The translations under genes were made by a program, and so were the position numbers. Of a DNA stretch of 64,000 nt, positions 1 to 9,197 are shown piece by piece. The stretch is taken from the NCBI GenBank assembly GCA_965248435.1, contig OZ252100.1, positions 3,392,001 through 3,456,000 on the forward strand, given 5' to 3'. The DNA is from Candidatus Latescibacterota bacterium (lineage in GTDB: Bacteria; Latescibacterota; UBA2968; GCA-2709665). A model generated the notes under the pieces. The model saw only the letters and a list, made by a program, of their open reading frames with translations. It did no database searches and was not told the origin of the DNA. Each line of letters opens with the position of its first letter. The first letter of the stretch is position 1.

Positions 1-49
1 TTGAAGCCGTCCTCTGAAAATCCTGGTGGAAAGCCGTTTAGAGGGAAAA

Positions 50-78
50 ACTTTAACCAAACTGGAAAGCTGTGTCAA
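50..78 (-). promoter_or_regulatory. sigma70-type promoter overlapping the rng stop codon, pointing out of the window
   Basis: Minus strand reads TTGACA-17bp-TAAAGT. Confidence 0.6.
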
Positions 79-1616
79 GTTTTAAATTCGTCAGTTATGT
101 CCTGTTTTCGCTTTCTGGAATAAACTCTATACTCGTCTATCGCCAAATCCGGATCCATCTCTACGTTCAACCAGACACGCGTGGACCTGCGCAGCCGTTT
201 TAGTCTATCTCGCCTGTTTTCCAGTATGTATTCGCCCAGGGTCGGGTTGACGACGACCGAAAGTCGGCGCTCGGTCGAGGCGGCTCGTGACCGTCTAAGC
301 CACCGCTCGATCCTTGCGAGCGTGGTTTCTCTCGTCGCTACGCGGCCAGTTCCCTCGCAGGTTGGGCACGCTTCACTGAATGTGAAGAGGAGACTCGGAC
401 GGACGCGCCGCCTAGTCATCTCCATAAGCCCGAACTCGCTCAGTTCCGAGGTCCGGGGACGGGAGCGATCTCGACGGATGGCCTGCCTGAACTCCTCTTC
501 CAGTTTCTTTCTGTTTTTGGAAAATGCCATGTCGATAAAATCCATCACAATGATGCCTCCGATGTCTCGGAGCCGAAGCTGTCGGGCGATTTCTCGGGCT
601 GCTTCCAGGTTGATTTTGAGCGCTGTCTCTTCTTGGTCACGCCGACCCACGTAGCGTCCGCTGTTGACGTCGATCGCGACTAAGGCCTCGGTGTGGTCGA
701 GGACCAGGTATCCTCCGCCCTTAAGCCATACCTTTCGCTCCGAGCACTTTTCGATTTCCTGCTCGATCCCGAATGCATCGAAGATCGGTCGTTTCTCATC
801 GTGATATTCCACTTTTTCTCGAAGTTGTGGGGAAGTTCCCTTGAGATAGGACAGGATCTGCTTGTACTCTCGTTTCGAGTCGACAACCACGCGATCAACC
901 TGCTCGGTGAAGAGGTCTCGGATGAGACTGGAAGTCATTCCCATTTCCTTGTGCAGGAGGACCGGAGCTTCCGCTTTCTGCGACTGCTTTTGAATCCGCT
1001 GCCATGTGCTCACGAGGTTCTTAAGGTCTCGCGTAAGTTCCCGATCTCCCTTCCCCACCGCTTCCGTCCTTACGATCACCCCATATCCGTCCGGCTTCAT
1101 TCCACGAGCCAGGTCCTTCAGCCGGCGTTTTTCACTCCAATTGGCGATCTTTCTGGAGACACCCACCTTCTCACCGTTTGGCACCAGGACCATAAATCGT
1201 CCCGGGAGGGAGGGCACGGCCGTGACTCTTGGTCCCTTGGTGCTGATCGCTTCCTTCGTGATCTGGACTAGAATCTCTTGCCCCTTCTCGATCATCTCCT
1301 CTATCGGGACGACCGGTTTTCCCCTGGCGTTCGTACGCACATCGGCTTCTTCCAGGATCTCTTCATCCAATTCGACCATCGATCCTGGCGACCCAGGCAT
1401 GTCGGAGACGTGGAGAAAGGTAGACTTTTCGCCTCCGATATCGACAAAGGAGGCCTGCATGCCGGGGAGGACGGCCGATACCGTCCCCTTATAGATGTTT
1501 CCGACCATCCGCTCGTTTTCGGATCTTTCGACGAGGATCTCTACGAGCCTATCGTCTTCGAGGATGGCAATCCTGACTTCGTTTGAGGCTTCGTTGATGA
1601 TGATTTCCGTTTTCAC
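75..1616 (-). CDS. rng: Ribonuclease G/E (Rne/Rng family)
   Basis: S1 domain (VGNIYKGTV..VLPGMQASFVDIG), DVNSG, LRDIGGIIVMDFIDM, CPTCEGTG Zn-link; 513 aa with no RNase E scaffold tail. Confidence 0.93.
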   Translation of the reverse strand: MKTEIIINEASNEVRIAILEDDRLVEILVERSENERMVGNIYKGTVSAVLPGMQASFVDIGGEKSTFLHVSDMPGSPGSMVELDEEILEEADVRTNARGKPVVPIEEMIEKGQEILVQITKEAISTKGPRVTAVPSLPGRFMVLVPNGEKVGVSRKIANWSEKRRLKDLARGMKPDGYGVIVRTEAVGKGDRELTRDLKNLVSTWQRIQKQSQKAEAPVLLHKEMGMTSSLIRDLFTEQVDRVVVDSKREYKQILSYLKGTSPQLREKVEYHDEKRPIFDAFGIEQEIEKCSERKVWLKGGGYLVLDHTEALVAIDVNSGRYVGRRDQEETALKINLEAAREIARQLRLRDIGGIIVMDFIDMAFSKNRKKLEEEFRQAIRRDRSRPRTSELSEFGLMEMTRRRVRPSLLFTFSEACPTCEGTGRVATRETTLARIERWLRRSRAASTERRLSVVVNPTLGEYILENRRDRLKRLRRSTRVWLNVEMDPDLAIDEYRVYSRKRKQDITDEFKT

Positions 1617-1696
1617 ACGCCCTGCACCCTTGCCCCTGCTTCAATTCAGGCAGACCTAAGAGATAAGCATCTGATATATATGAGGGTTATATGGTA

Positions 1697-1725
1697 AGGA
1701 TAACAAAATGGAGCAAGTCTGACAA
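1697..1725 (-). promoter_or_regulatory. putative sigma70 promoter for rng
   Basis: TTGTCA-17bp-TATCCT on minus strand in an AT-rich intergenic region. Confidence 0.45.
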
Positions 1726-1761
1726 GTCAAATTCTTCAGAAGTGGCCGATTCTGCACGAGG

Positions 1762-2499
1762 TCACGCCTCCACGACCTGCCTCGGAAAGACCGTAATCTC
1801 TTCAACGATCGCCCGGTCTGGCATCAAAGCGACCATCAGTGCCGCCGATGCGATATCATCGGCCTGGAGCATCACATCCAGTTTCCGCCTGGAGGGGGCC
1901 GTGGGCCGGGATTCGAGGATGGGCGTTTCGACCTCGCCAGGAAAGATCACGCACGCCCGGATTCCTATTTCTCGGAGTTCCTCGTTGACCGACTGGGCGA
2001 GGGAGACCATGCCGAATTTCGAGGCAGAGTATGCCGCTCCAGAGATCACGTGGGCACGCTTCGCACACATTGACGCGATGTTGATGATGAGACCCCCTCG
2101 CTGCTCCTTCATGCGGGGGAGCAAGGCCCTTATGCAATTGAAAGATCCTGTGAGGTTGACCTGGATGACCTGGTCCCAGGTCTCGGGAGGGATGTCCTCG
2201 AGGCCTCTTTCGGGGGTGTTGATGCCGGCATTGTTGACCAGGACGTCGACCCTTCCGAACTCAGCCACCGTTCGGTCGACGAGGTCCTGGACCGATGTGC
2301 GATCGGTCACGTCGGCGGTGACAGACAGGGCCTCTCCACCCCGACTTCGGATCTGCGATACCGTGTCTTCGAGAGGGGCAGGTCGTCGTCCGGCCAGTGC
2401 GACCGCGATCCCACCCTCGGCAAACCTCAGGGCTATGGCCCGGCCGATGCCGGTGCCGGCACCCGTTACGATCGCGGTCATTCCTTCCCGGCCTCCCAC
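1762..2499 (-). CDS. Short-chain dehydrogenase/reductase (SDR)
   Basis: TGAGTGIG, NNAG and YSASK motifs; start placed at GTG 2499 after AAAGGG rather than the ORF-track start at 2583. Confidence 0.9.
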   Translation of the reverse strand: MGGREGMTAIVTGAGTGIGRAIALRFAEGGIAVALAGRRPAPLEDTVSQIRSRGGEALSVTADVTDRTSVQDLVDRTVAEFGRVDVLVNNAGINTPERGLEDIPPETWDQVIQVNLTGSFNCIRALLPRMKEQRGGLIINIASMCAKRAHVISGAAYSASKFGMVSLAQSVNEELREIGIRACVIFPGEVETPILESRPTAPSRRKLDVMLQADDIASAALMVALMPDRAIVEEITVFPRQVVEA

Positions 2500-2720
2500 G
2501 ATTGCAGTTCCCTTTCCGTTTTCGTGCCACCTCAAGGGTTTAGGGGGAAGGCCGAATGTAAAGATTCTGATTTGGGGCGTCAAGGGCGATTCGTGAACCG
2601 GTCTGTCAATGGACGTGACATCTTGACAGTGATTTTGTATATTACTTTATACCTTGCAGTTAGGCAGTTCTGACCCCTTTCGGGTCGCATTCCCGCGTGT
2701 GAGGGCTAGATCTGGCTGAA

Positions 2721-3941
2721 ATGATTCCGATGGACGAGGCGGTTCGGATCGTCCTGGAGCATACCCGGACTGTCGACGCGATCTCAGCCGATTTGATGGA
2801 TTCCCTCGGTCGAGTCCTGGCTGAGGACGTGGCATCGGACGTCGATATGCCGCCCTTCAACAAATCGATGATGGATGGTTACGCTGTCTTCGGGGAGGAT
2901 CTACGAGAGGCGTCGGCGGAACGTCCTGCCGTTCTGGAGGTTATAGAAGAGATCCCGGCCGGGACCGTCCCAAAGAAGCCCGTTTCAGGGGGGCAGGCGG
3001 CCCGAATCATGACGGGCGCCCCCATCCCCGAAGGTGCCGATTCGGTCGTCATGGTCGAGGACACTGCGGACGAGGCGGACGGCAAACGGGTGAAAGTCTT
3101 TGAGCCGACGGAAATCGGCGAAAACGTCATCCCCCTGGGTGAGGATCTCCGTCAGGGCCAGGTGGTGCTCAGATCCGGCAAAGTGATTCGTCCCCCGGAA
3201 GTTGGAATCCTCGCGAGTGTCGGGGCAGTGACGGTCGCCGTCTATCGGCAGCCAACCGTTGCTGTGATCGCGACGGGGAGCGAAGTCGTGGAGCCTAAGA
3301 ACCGACCCGAGCCCGGCCAGATCCGAAATAGCAACGCCTATTCCATGATGGCTCAGGTCGAGCGCGCCGGAGCGAAGGCCCAGTATCTAGGGATCGTGGA
3401 AGACCGTGAGTCAGATCTGGAGCGTGTGATTGCGGAAGGGCTGGAGGCGTGCGACGTGGTGCTTCTCTCGGGAGGCGTGTCGGCGGGGGTGTATGACCTT
3501 GTGCAGACTGCGATGCGGGCGTGCGGGGTGGAGGTGCTCTTCGAACGGATTCGAATGAAGCCGGGTAAACCCTTGACGTTCGGGGTGAGGGGGAACCAAC
3601 TCGTGTTCGGACTGCCAGGGAATCCTGTTTCGGCCGTAGTCGGTCTGGAGCTGTTGGTCCGGCCGGCGATTCGAAAGATGCAAGAGATGGAGGAGATCCA
3701 CCGACCGATCGTGCGCGGGATCTTGACGGAAGGGTTCAGGCAGACACCGGGCCGGAAGCAGTACGTACCGGCCTTGTGCAAGGCCCACAACGGCGTCTGG
3801 GAAACTCGCTGGGTCGGCCATCACGGGTCGGGCGATCTGTTTTCACTTTCACGAGCCAACAGCCTTTTTGTTGTGGAAGCAGAAATAGAGCGACTCGATG
3901 AGGGTGACGCCGTCGACGTCATTCTGCTTGAGGAGTGGTAG
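2721..3941 (+). CDS. moeA: Molybdopterin molybdotransferase MoeA
   Basis: PPFNKSMMDGYA, RIMTGAPIPEGADSVVMVE, SGGVSAG, MKPGKP, GLPGNPVS. Confidence 0.96.
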   Translation: MIPMDEAVRIVLEHTRTVDAISADLMDSLGRVLAEDVASDVDMPPFNKSMMDGYAVFGEDLREASAERPAVLEVIEEIPAGTVPKKPVSGGQAARIMTGAPIPEGADSVVMVEDTADEADGKRVKVFEPTEIGENVIPLGEDLRQGQVVLRSGKVIRPPEVGILASVGAVTVAVYRQPTVAVIATGSEVVEPKNRPEPGQIRNSNAYSMMAQVERAGAKAQYLGIVEDRESDLERVIAEGLEACDVVLLSGGVSAGVYDLVQTAMRACGVEVLFERIRMKPGKPLTFGVRGNQLVFGLPGNPVSAVVGLELLVRPAIRKMQEMEEIHRPIVRGILTEGFRQTPGRKQYVPALCKAHNGVWETRWVGHHGSGDLFSLSRANSLFVVEAEIERLDEGDAVDVILLEEW

Positions 3942-4007
3942 CGGGTGTGATGCCCGGACAGGATTCCTCGAAAGGCGAGCGCGAGAGATTTTCGGACCGG
4001 GGGTTCT

Positions 4008-4481
4008 ATGGCGAAACTGACTCACGTGGATTCCGATGGGGCTGTGCGGATGGTCGACGTTACCGACAAGAAGGTGACGAGGCGTGAAGCGGTGGCTGCA
4101 GGTGAGATCCACCTGAATCCTGAAACGATCGAACTCATCACTCGCGGCAAGGTGCCCAAGGGCAATGTGTTGGAGACGGCCCGGATTGCGGGCATCATGG
4201 CCGCGAAACGTACGGCGGACATCATTCCCCTCTGCCATTCCCTGTCTGTTACTGGCGTGGAACTGGCCTTTGAGGTGGGCTTGGATCGGATTGAAGCGAC
4301 GGCGCGTGTGGCCGTTCCCGAACGAACCGGCGTAGAAATGGAAGCCTTATCGGCCGTGTGTGTGTCACTTCTCACTGTGTATGATATGTGTAAAGCGGTG
4401 GACAAAGAGATGGTCATCGGACAAATCAGGCTGTTAGAAAAGACCGGTGGGAGTGCCGGCGCCAACACCCGGAAAAACTGA
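4008..4481 (+). CDS. moaC: Cyclic pyranopterin monophosphate synthase MoaC
   Basis: LTHVD..G.VRMVDV, IIPLCH, TGVEMEAL, YDMCKAVDK, LLEKTGG. Confidence 0.97.
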   Translation: MAKLTHVDSDGAVRMVDVTDKKVTRREAVAAGEIHLNPETIELITRGKVPKGNVLETARIAGIMAAKRTADIIPLCHSLSVTGVELAFEVGLDRIEATARVAVPERTGVEMEALSAVCVSLLTVYDMCKAVDKEMVIGQIRLLEKTGGSAGANTRKN

Positions 4482-4493
4482 AACGAGGCTGCT

Positions 4494-4790
4494 ATGGACT
4501 TCGATTTTTCTCTCGATTGGATCTTTATGGTGCTCACGTTGGCCAGTGTGGTCTTCCTCCTTCAGATTATGGTGGACTATAACAGGAAAGCATCTGTGAT
4601 GAGCCCTCAGCTTCGGCACGCCAATCAGATTCTGGCAAGGCACGCGGAGGAGATGGAAAAGATCGAGGGCCTGATGGAGGAGGCCCGGAAGGAGGCAGGT
4701 GAACTAGACGCGCCTCTCGCGACCCTCGAGGCGCGCAACGATGAGTTGGATTCGAAGCTAAAGGCGCTCGAGAAACAGAGCGAAGAGTAA
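4494..4790 (+). CDS. Small hypothetical protein with N-terminal TM helix and coiled coil
   Basis: GAGG RBS, 12 bp after moaC; hydrophobic residues ~9-27, then E/K/L/A-rich heptad pattern. Confidence 0.75.
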   Translation: MDFDFSLDWIFMVLTLASVVFLLQIMVDYNRKASVMSPQLRHANQILARHAEEMEKIEGLMEEARKEAGELDAPLATLEARNDELDSKLKALEKQSEE

Positions 4791-4813
4791 AAGGCTGGAT
4801 TCAGGGAAACCGC

Positions 4814-4842
4814 TTGACAATGGTTTGTTCCGTATTTAGATT
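4814..4842 (+). promoter_or_regulatory. sigma70 promoter for tRNA-Lys
   Basis: TTGACA-17bp-TAGATT. Confidence 0.7.
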
Positions 4843-4900
4843 TTTCAGGTTTTACAGGTGTTTTTCTCCGAGACAGCCGTCTCGATTTATTTTGCGATGG

Positions 4901-4973
4901 GCGCCCATAGCTCAACAGGCAGAGCAGCTGACTCTTAATCAGAAGGTTCGGGGTTCGATTCCCTGTGGGCGCA
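4901..4973 (+). tRNA. tRNA-Lys(CTT), CCA not encoded
   Basis: Acceptor GCGCCCA/TGGGCGC, D-arm GCTC..GAGC, anticodon loop CT-CTT-AA, T-loop TTCGATT. Confidence 0.95.
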
Positions 4974-5108
4974 ATTTTTTAATTCCAAGCAAGGTTCGAT
5001 TCAATTCTGCTGCAAAGGTTGAGGCTGGGTCCTTTCAATCCAGGTCCAGCCTCTGCTATTTAGACCTTAGGAAAAATTCCGCTGATTCAGATCTGATTGG
5101 AGATCTTG

Positions 5109-5972
5109 ATGGATCGTGAAGACATACGGCTGAGCATCCGAAATATCAAGAATCTGCCGACGCTTCCCATTATCGTGGGTCGAATCCTTGAGGTGGCGGA
5201 CGATACGGGGGCGAGCGCGAACGAATTGGCAGAGATCGTTTCCAAGGACATGTCGGTTTCGGCGAAGGTCCTGAATCTGGCCAACTCGGCTTTCTACGGG
5301 TTTTCCAGGCGTATTACGACCATTCCTCAGGCCGTGGTTGTTCTCGGTTTCGACACTGTTCGAAGCCTTGCGCTAAGCGTCTCCGTGTTCGAAACTCTGA
5401 AGGCATCAGAGGAGGGAGTGAGCTTCGACCGGGAGGCCTTCTGGATTCATTCGATCGGATGCGGGTCTGGTGCCAAACTGATCGCTAAGGGACTGGGATA
5501 CAAAGACACAGGGACTTTTTTCGTGGCGGGCCTGTTGCACGACCTGGGAAAAGTGATCCTGGATACCTATTTTAACGAGTTGTATCAGGAAGTCGTCGAA
5601 GAGATGGTGGAGGAAGAACGCTCGGCGCTGGATGCGGAAACAGATATCCTGGATATTGATCACGCGGAAGTCGGGGGCTGGCTGGCCGCGCGTTGGAAGT
5701 TTCCAGAGGTACTGGTTTCGCCGATTGCCTACCATCATAACCCCATCGCGGCCGAAGAGCAGTATCTCAAAGAATGCCTGATCGTCCACCTCGCAGACAC
5801 CCTGATCAAGCGGGCCAAGATCGGGCTCTGTTATGAAACCGAGATCTCGGAGCCGCACGACATGGTGCATTCTCATCTCAAGCTTTCTTCTCAGGACATT
5901 TCCGGCCTCGAGGAGGCGATCCATAGTGAGCGGGATCAGATCAACGAGTTCTTCGGCCAGCTGTCTGGATAG
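5109..5972 (+). CDS. HDOD domain protein
   Basis: LPTLP, D..VSAKVLNLANSAFYG, FWIHS, AGLLHDLGK, DHAEVGGWLA.RWKFP, YHH; ATG 5109 after GGAG. Confidence 0.92.
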   Translation: MDREDIRLSIRNIKNLPTLPIIVGRILEVADDTGASANELAEIVSKDMSVSAKVLNLANSAFYGFSRRITTIPQAVVVLGFDTVRSLALSVSVFETLKASEEGVSFDREAFWIHSIGCGSGAKLIAKGLGYKDTGTFFVAGLLHDLGKVILDTYFNELYQEVVEEMVEEERSALDAETDILDIDHAEVGGWLAARWKFPEVLVSPIAYHHNPIAAEEQYLKECLIVHLADTLIKRAKIGLCYETEISEPHDMVHSHLKLSSQDISGLEEAIHSERDQINEFFGQLSG

Positions 5973-5987
5973 GAATAAGGGAAGACC

Positions 5988-7523
5988 ATGAGTGACACCC
6001 CGGAGGTCCTGCAATTTCAGGAGGAGTTGAGGCGGGCGAAGGCCCAGCGGGACCTCTACGTCAAGGAGTTGGCCAATACGACGCACCGGTTCGAGGAGAA
6101 AGTCCGGGAGCTGTCGGTCGTCAGACGGATCGGGGAGTCGCTGAAGTACACTCGCGAGGTCCGTAAGGTCTTCGAGGTGATTATCGCCACGATTATAGAC
6201 GAAACCAATGCCGAGAACTGTTCATTGATGCTGGTTAATCGGGAAAAGACTGAGTTGACGTTGAAAGCAGCGCGGGGTCAGCGAGATCCAGACAGCAGCT
6301 ACTTCCATACGCCCGAAAGCGGAGCCGCTCGCACATTCCGCATCGGTGAGGGCGTTGCAGGCTGGGTCGCCCAACACGGTGAAGCGATCTCCATTCCGGA
6401 CATCGCTTCCGGTGCTGCGGTCCGTCTCTACCCGGAAATGGATGAAGAAGGAGAACCGATTTCCCTACCTGACATGCCTAACGCGCAATTCGTTACGCGT
6501 GCCTCTCCAGACAGGCGAATCGGCTCGATCCTTTGCCTGCCCCTGGTCATCGACAATGAAATCGTCGGGGTGGTGAACATGAGCCACCCGAGGGCCAAGG
6601 CCTTCAGCCTGGAAGACCAGCGGCTGATGACGATCATTACCGACCAGGTGGCGATTGCGCTGAGCAGCGTGCAGGTGTTCGACGATATGCAGCAGCTCAA
6701 CGTGGTCCTGGAAGACGAGGTGGCGAAAGCCACGAAAGAGCTGCGCAAGACCAACCAGGAGCTTCAGCTCGCTTATGAGGAGATCCAGGCCGCGAGCCAG
6801 ATGAAATCGCAGTTTCTGGCGCACATGTCCCACGAACTCCGAACCCCGCTCAATGCGATTATCGGGTTTTCGGAGATTCTGGAAGATCGCACATTCGGCC
6901 CCGTGAACGAGAAGCAGGCAAGGTATGTCCAGAACATCCTGACGAGCAGCCGCCATCTCCTTGAGTTGATCAACGATATCCTCGACCTGGCGAAGGTAGA
7001 ATCGGGGAAGATGGAGTTGAGTCTTGATCAGTTCCTGGTGCAGGACTGTCTGGCTCAGGTTGGTGATGTCGTGCTGCCCCTCGCGCAGAGCAAAGGGATC
7101 GTCATGGAGAACCACATCGGTGATGGGCTGGGGCTCGTCGCGGCAGACGAGGCCCGATTCCGGCAGATCCTCTACAACCTCCTGTCGAATGCGATCAAAT
7201 TTACCAACGACAAAGGGAGGGTGGACATCTACGTGCACGTTCGCGAAGATGACGCAGTGGAGATTGCGGTGACTGACACGGGAATTGGGATCAAGAAGGA
7301 GCATCAGGACCTGATCTTTTCAGAGTTTCGTCAAGTCGATGAGAGTTTTGCGCGGCGTTATGAGGGAACAGGTTTGGGCCTGGCGCTCACCCGCCGACTC
7401 GTGGAGCTTCACGGTGGACGCATATGGGTGGAAAGCGAGGAGGGGAAGGGGAGTACCTTCAAGTTTACGATTCCTCGAAAATCTCACCAGCACCAGGGCG
7501 GCACCAAAGAGGCACCGGTTTAA
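5988..7523 (+). CDS. GAF-domain sensor histidine kinase (soluble)
   Basis: GAF (GEGVAGWVA, LCLPL..VGVVN), H-box MSHELRTPLN, NLLSNAIKFT, DTGIGI, GTGLGL, HGG. Confidence 0.93.
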   Translation: MSDTPEVLQFQEELRRAKAQRDLYVKELANTTHRFEEKVRELSVVRRIGESLKYTREVRKVFEVIIATIIDETNAENCSLMLVNREKTELTLKAARGQRDPDSSYFHTPESGAARTFRIGEGVAGWVAQHGEAISIPDIASGAAVRLYPEMDEEGEPISLPDMPNAQFVTRASPDRRIGSILCLPLVIDNEIVGVVNMSHPRAKAFSLEDQRLMTIITDQVAIALSSVQVFDDMQQLNVVLEDEVAKATKELRKTNQELQLAYEEIQAASQMKSQFLAHMSHELRTPLNAIIGFSEILEDRTFGPVNEKQARYVQNILTSSRHLLELINDILDLAKVESGKMELSLDQFLVQDCLAQVGDVVLPLAQSKGIVMENHIGDGLGLVAADEARFRQILYNLLSNAIKFTNDKGRVDIYVHVREDDAVEIAVTDTGIGIKKEHQDLIFSEFRQVDESFARRYEGTGLGLALTRRLVELHGGRIWVESEEGKGSTFKFTIPRKSHQHQGGTKEAPV

Positions 7524-7616
7524 CCGTTTTTTTTGTTCTGCGATTCCCTCAGTTTTCTTCCTGTTGACCTTCCCTGTTCCTCGAATCCCGGAATTGTTCA
7601 AATAGGGTTGACCTCT

Positions 7617-8873
7617 ATGGCAGATCTCATTCCCTTCCACGGAGGGTTGGCGGAACCCGTGGACTGCAGCATACCCGAAGGGGAGGCAGCCGCTTTTCGT
7701 GAAGGGGCCGCGGGGCTGGTTCAAGTTCCGGTCAGTGACGCAGATCTATCCACGGTCTATCGGTTCGGAGACGGTGCCCTTAGCCCGTTGATGGGGCCGA
7801 TGAGGGAGGCCGTCTACACAAAGGTCCTCGATGACGGCGTGATCGAATCGAACGGGGCCCTCTACGCCTGGACGATTCCGCTGGCGTTGCCCGTCACATC
7901 GGATCTTGCATCGAAGCTCTCGCGCGGCGATCGTGTTGCACTCGTAGATTCCCGGCGTGAAGTCGTGGCGAGTCTCGATGTTTCTGACGTCTATGTCTGG
8001 GATAAGGACCGTTACCTAAAGAACGTCTACCTCACCGAACGTAAAGACCATCCCGGCGCCGATATGGTGCTGAATGCAGATGGGGAGAAGACCTTCCTCC
8101 TGGGAGGTGAAATTCGTGTCCTGCCACAACCCCGGCACTCAAAGTTCGGTCACTTTCTCCGGACGCCCAAAGAGGTCCGTCAGCTGCTCGAGACACAGGG
8201 ATGGGAGCGCGCCGTGGCCTTTCAAACGCGGAATCCGCTTCACCGTGCGCACGAGTACGCCCTGATATACGGGCTGGAGAGCTTGCTGCGAAGAAAGTTT
8301 CACGCGATCGCCTGCCTGAATCCCCTGGTCGGGGAGACGAAGGCGGACGATGTAAGCGCAGAGATCCGGATGCAGACCTACGAAGCCCTGATCAGTTCCG
8401 GCGAGCTGGGTGAAGGAGACAGCGATCCCGACTTGTGGCGCGACCTGGTCGACCGGGTGGCGGACCGGGTGATGTTGATGGGCCTGGATATCAAGATGTT
8501 CTATGCGGGGCCCAAAGAGGCAGTTATGCACGCCATTTACAGACAGAACTATGGCTTTACAGACATCATCATCGGGCGCAAACACGCCGATGCCCCCTAC
8601 CACGACGGCGACCCGATCTGGGGCGATTTTGAGGCCCAGGAGATATTCGACAACCTGGGTGGACAGCTGTCGATCGAACCACTGAAGGTGGGGTTTGCCG
8701 CCTACTATGAGTCGATGGGTAGGGTCGACCTGATGGAGAACCACCCCGACGAGAAACCGGTTTTCATCTCGGGAAAACAGGTGCGAGAGATGCTTCAGAA
8801 GGGGGATCCGGTCGATCCACGCATCATGAGGGAGACAACCTCTGAAATTCTGAGGCGTGCGATGGCGGGGTGA
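7617..8873 (+). CDS. sat: Sulfate adenylyltransferase (ATP sulfurylase, Sat type)
   Basis: N-terminal [53 protein letters not shown]. Confidence 0.92.
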   Translation: MADLIPFHGGLAEPVDCSIPEGEAAAFREGAAGLVQVPVSDADLSTVYRFGDGALSPLMGPMREAVYTKVLDDGVIESNGALYAWTIPLALPVTSDLASKLSRGDRVALVDSRREVVASLDVSDVYVWDKDRYLKNVYLTERKDHPGADMVLNADGEKTFLLGGEIRVLPQPRHSKFGHFLRTPKEVRQLLETQGWERAVAFQTRNPLHRAHEYALIYGLESLLRRKFHAIACLNPLVGETKADDVSAEIRMQTYEALISSGELGEGDSDPDLWRDLVDRVADRVMLMGLDIKMFYAGPKEAVMHAIYRQNYGFTDIIIGRKHADAPYHDGDPIWGDFEAQEIFDNLGGQLSIEPLKVGFAAYYESMGRVDLMENHPDEKPVFISGKQVREMLQKGDPVDPRIMRETTSEILRRAMAG

Positions 8874-8905
8874 TACACGCGTAAAGCGCTTTTCTAAAGC
8901 ATAAT

Positions 8906-8938
8906 GCCCGTGGGATGGTTCCCACGGGCGCTTTTTTT
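8906..8938 (+). terminator. Rho-independent terminator of sat
   Basis: GCCCGTGGGA-TGGT-TCCCACGGGC stem followed by T7. Confidence 0.85.
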
Positions 8939-9070
8939 GCCCAAATCTGGGGACTTGGGGAAAGAAATTTCCAATCTCTCTCAAAAGACCAAAGGTCGTC
9001 GGTTAGTAAATACAGCGCACAGCATTGTTTTTATTGATACTTATACGAAGTCTGGCAGGTCCTGGCGGTA

Positions 9071-9086
9071 TGGCACACGAGTTGCA
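9071..9086 (+). promoter_or_regulatory. sigma54 (-24/-12) promoter
   Basis: TGGCAC-ACGAG-TTGCA matches TGGCAC-N5-TTGCW, in an AT-rich intergenic region, oriented toward the 9198 CDS. Confidence 0.8.
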
Positions 9087-9197
9087 TCTGGAGTCGGTAT
9101 GATTTTAGATTATTTAATCCTTAGATATGTCGATAAATATTATATAGGATCAATAATCGCCCTGGCGCTTGTCCAAACTAGATTTGAGAGGTAAGAG

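Noticed and set aside
2640-2720. Moco riboswitch upstream of moeA
   Set aside because: Only one short hairpin (GACCC-CTTTC-GGGTC); the leader is too short for the multi-stem Moco motif.
4990-5002. GGTTCGATTC copy of the tRNA T-loop just after tRNA-Lys, as an att scar
   Set aside because: Only ~10 bp, lacks the tRNA 3' acceptor strand, and no integrase is adjacent.
4814-5119. 101-aa ORF in the track
   Set aside because: It overlaps the tRNA-Lys gene and its promoter.
8904-9194. 96-aa ORF, or its 31-aa tail MILDYLILRY..., upstream of paralog A
   Set aside because: It spans a terminator and the sigma54 promoter; the tail's SD would lie upstream of the predicted TSS; the composition looks like AT-rich regulatory DNA.
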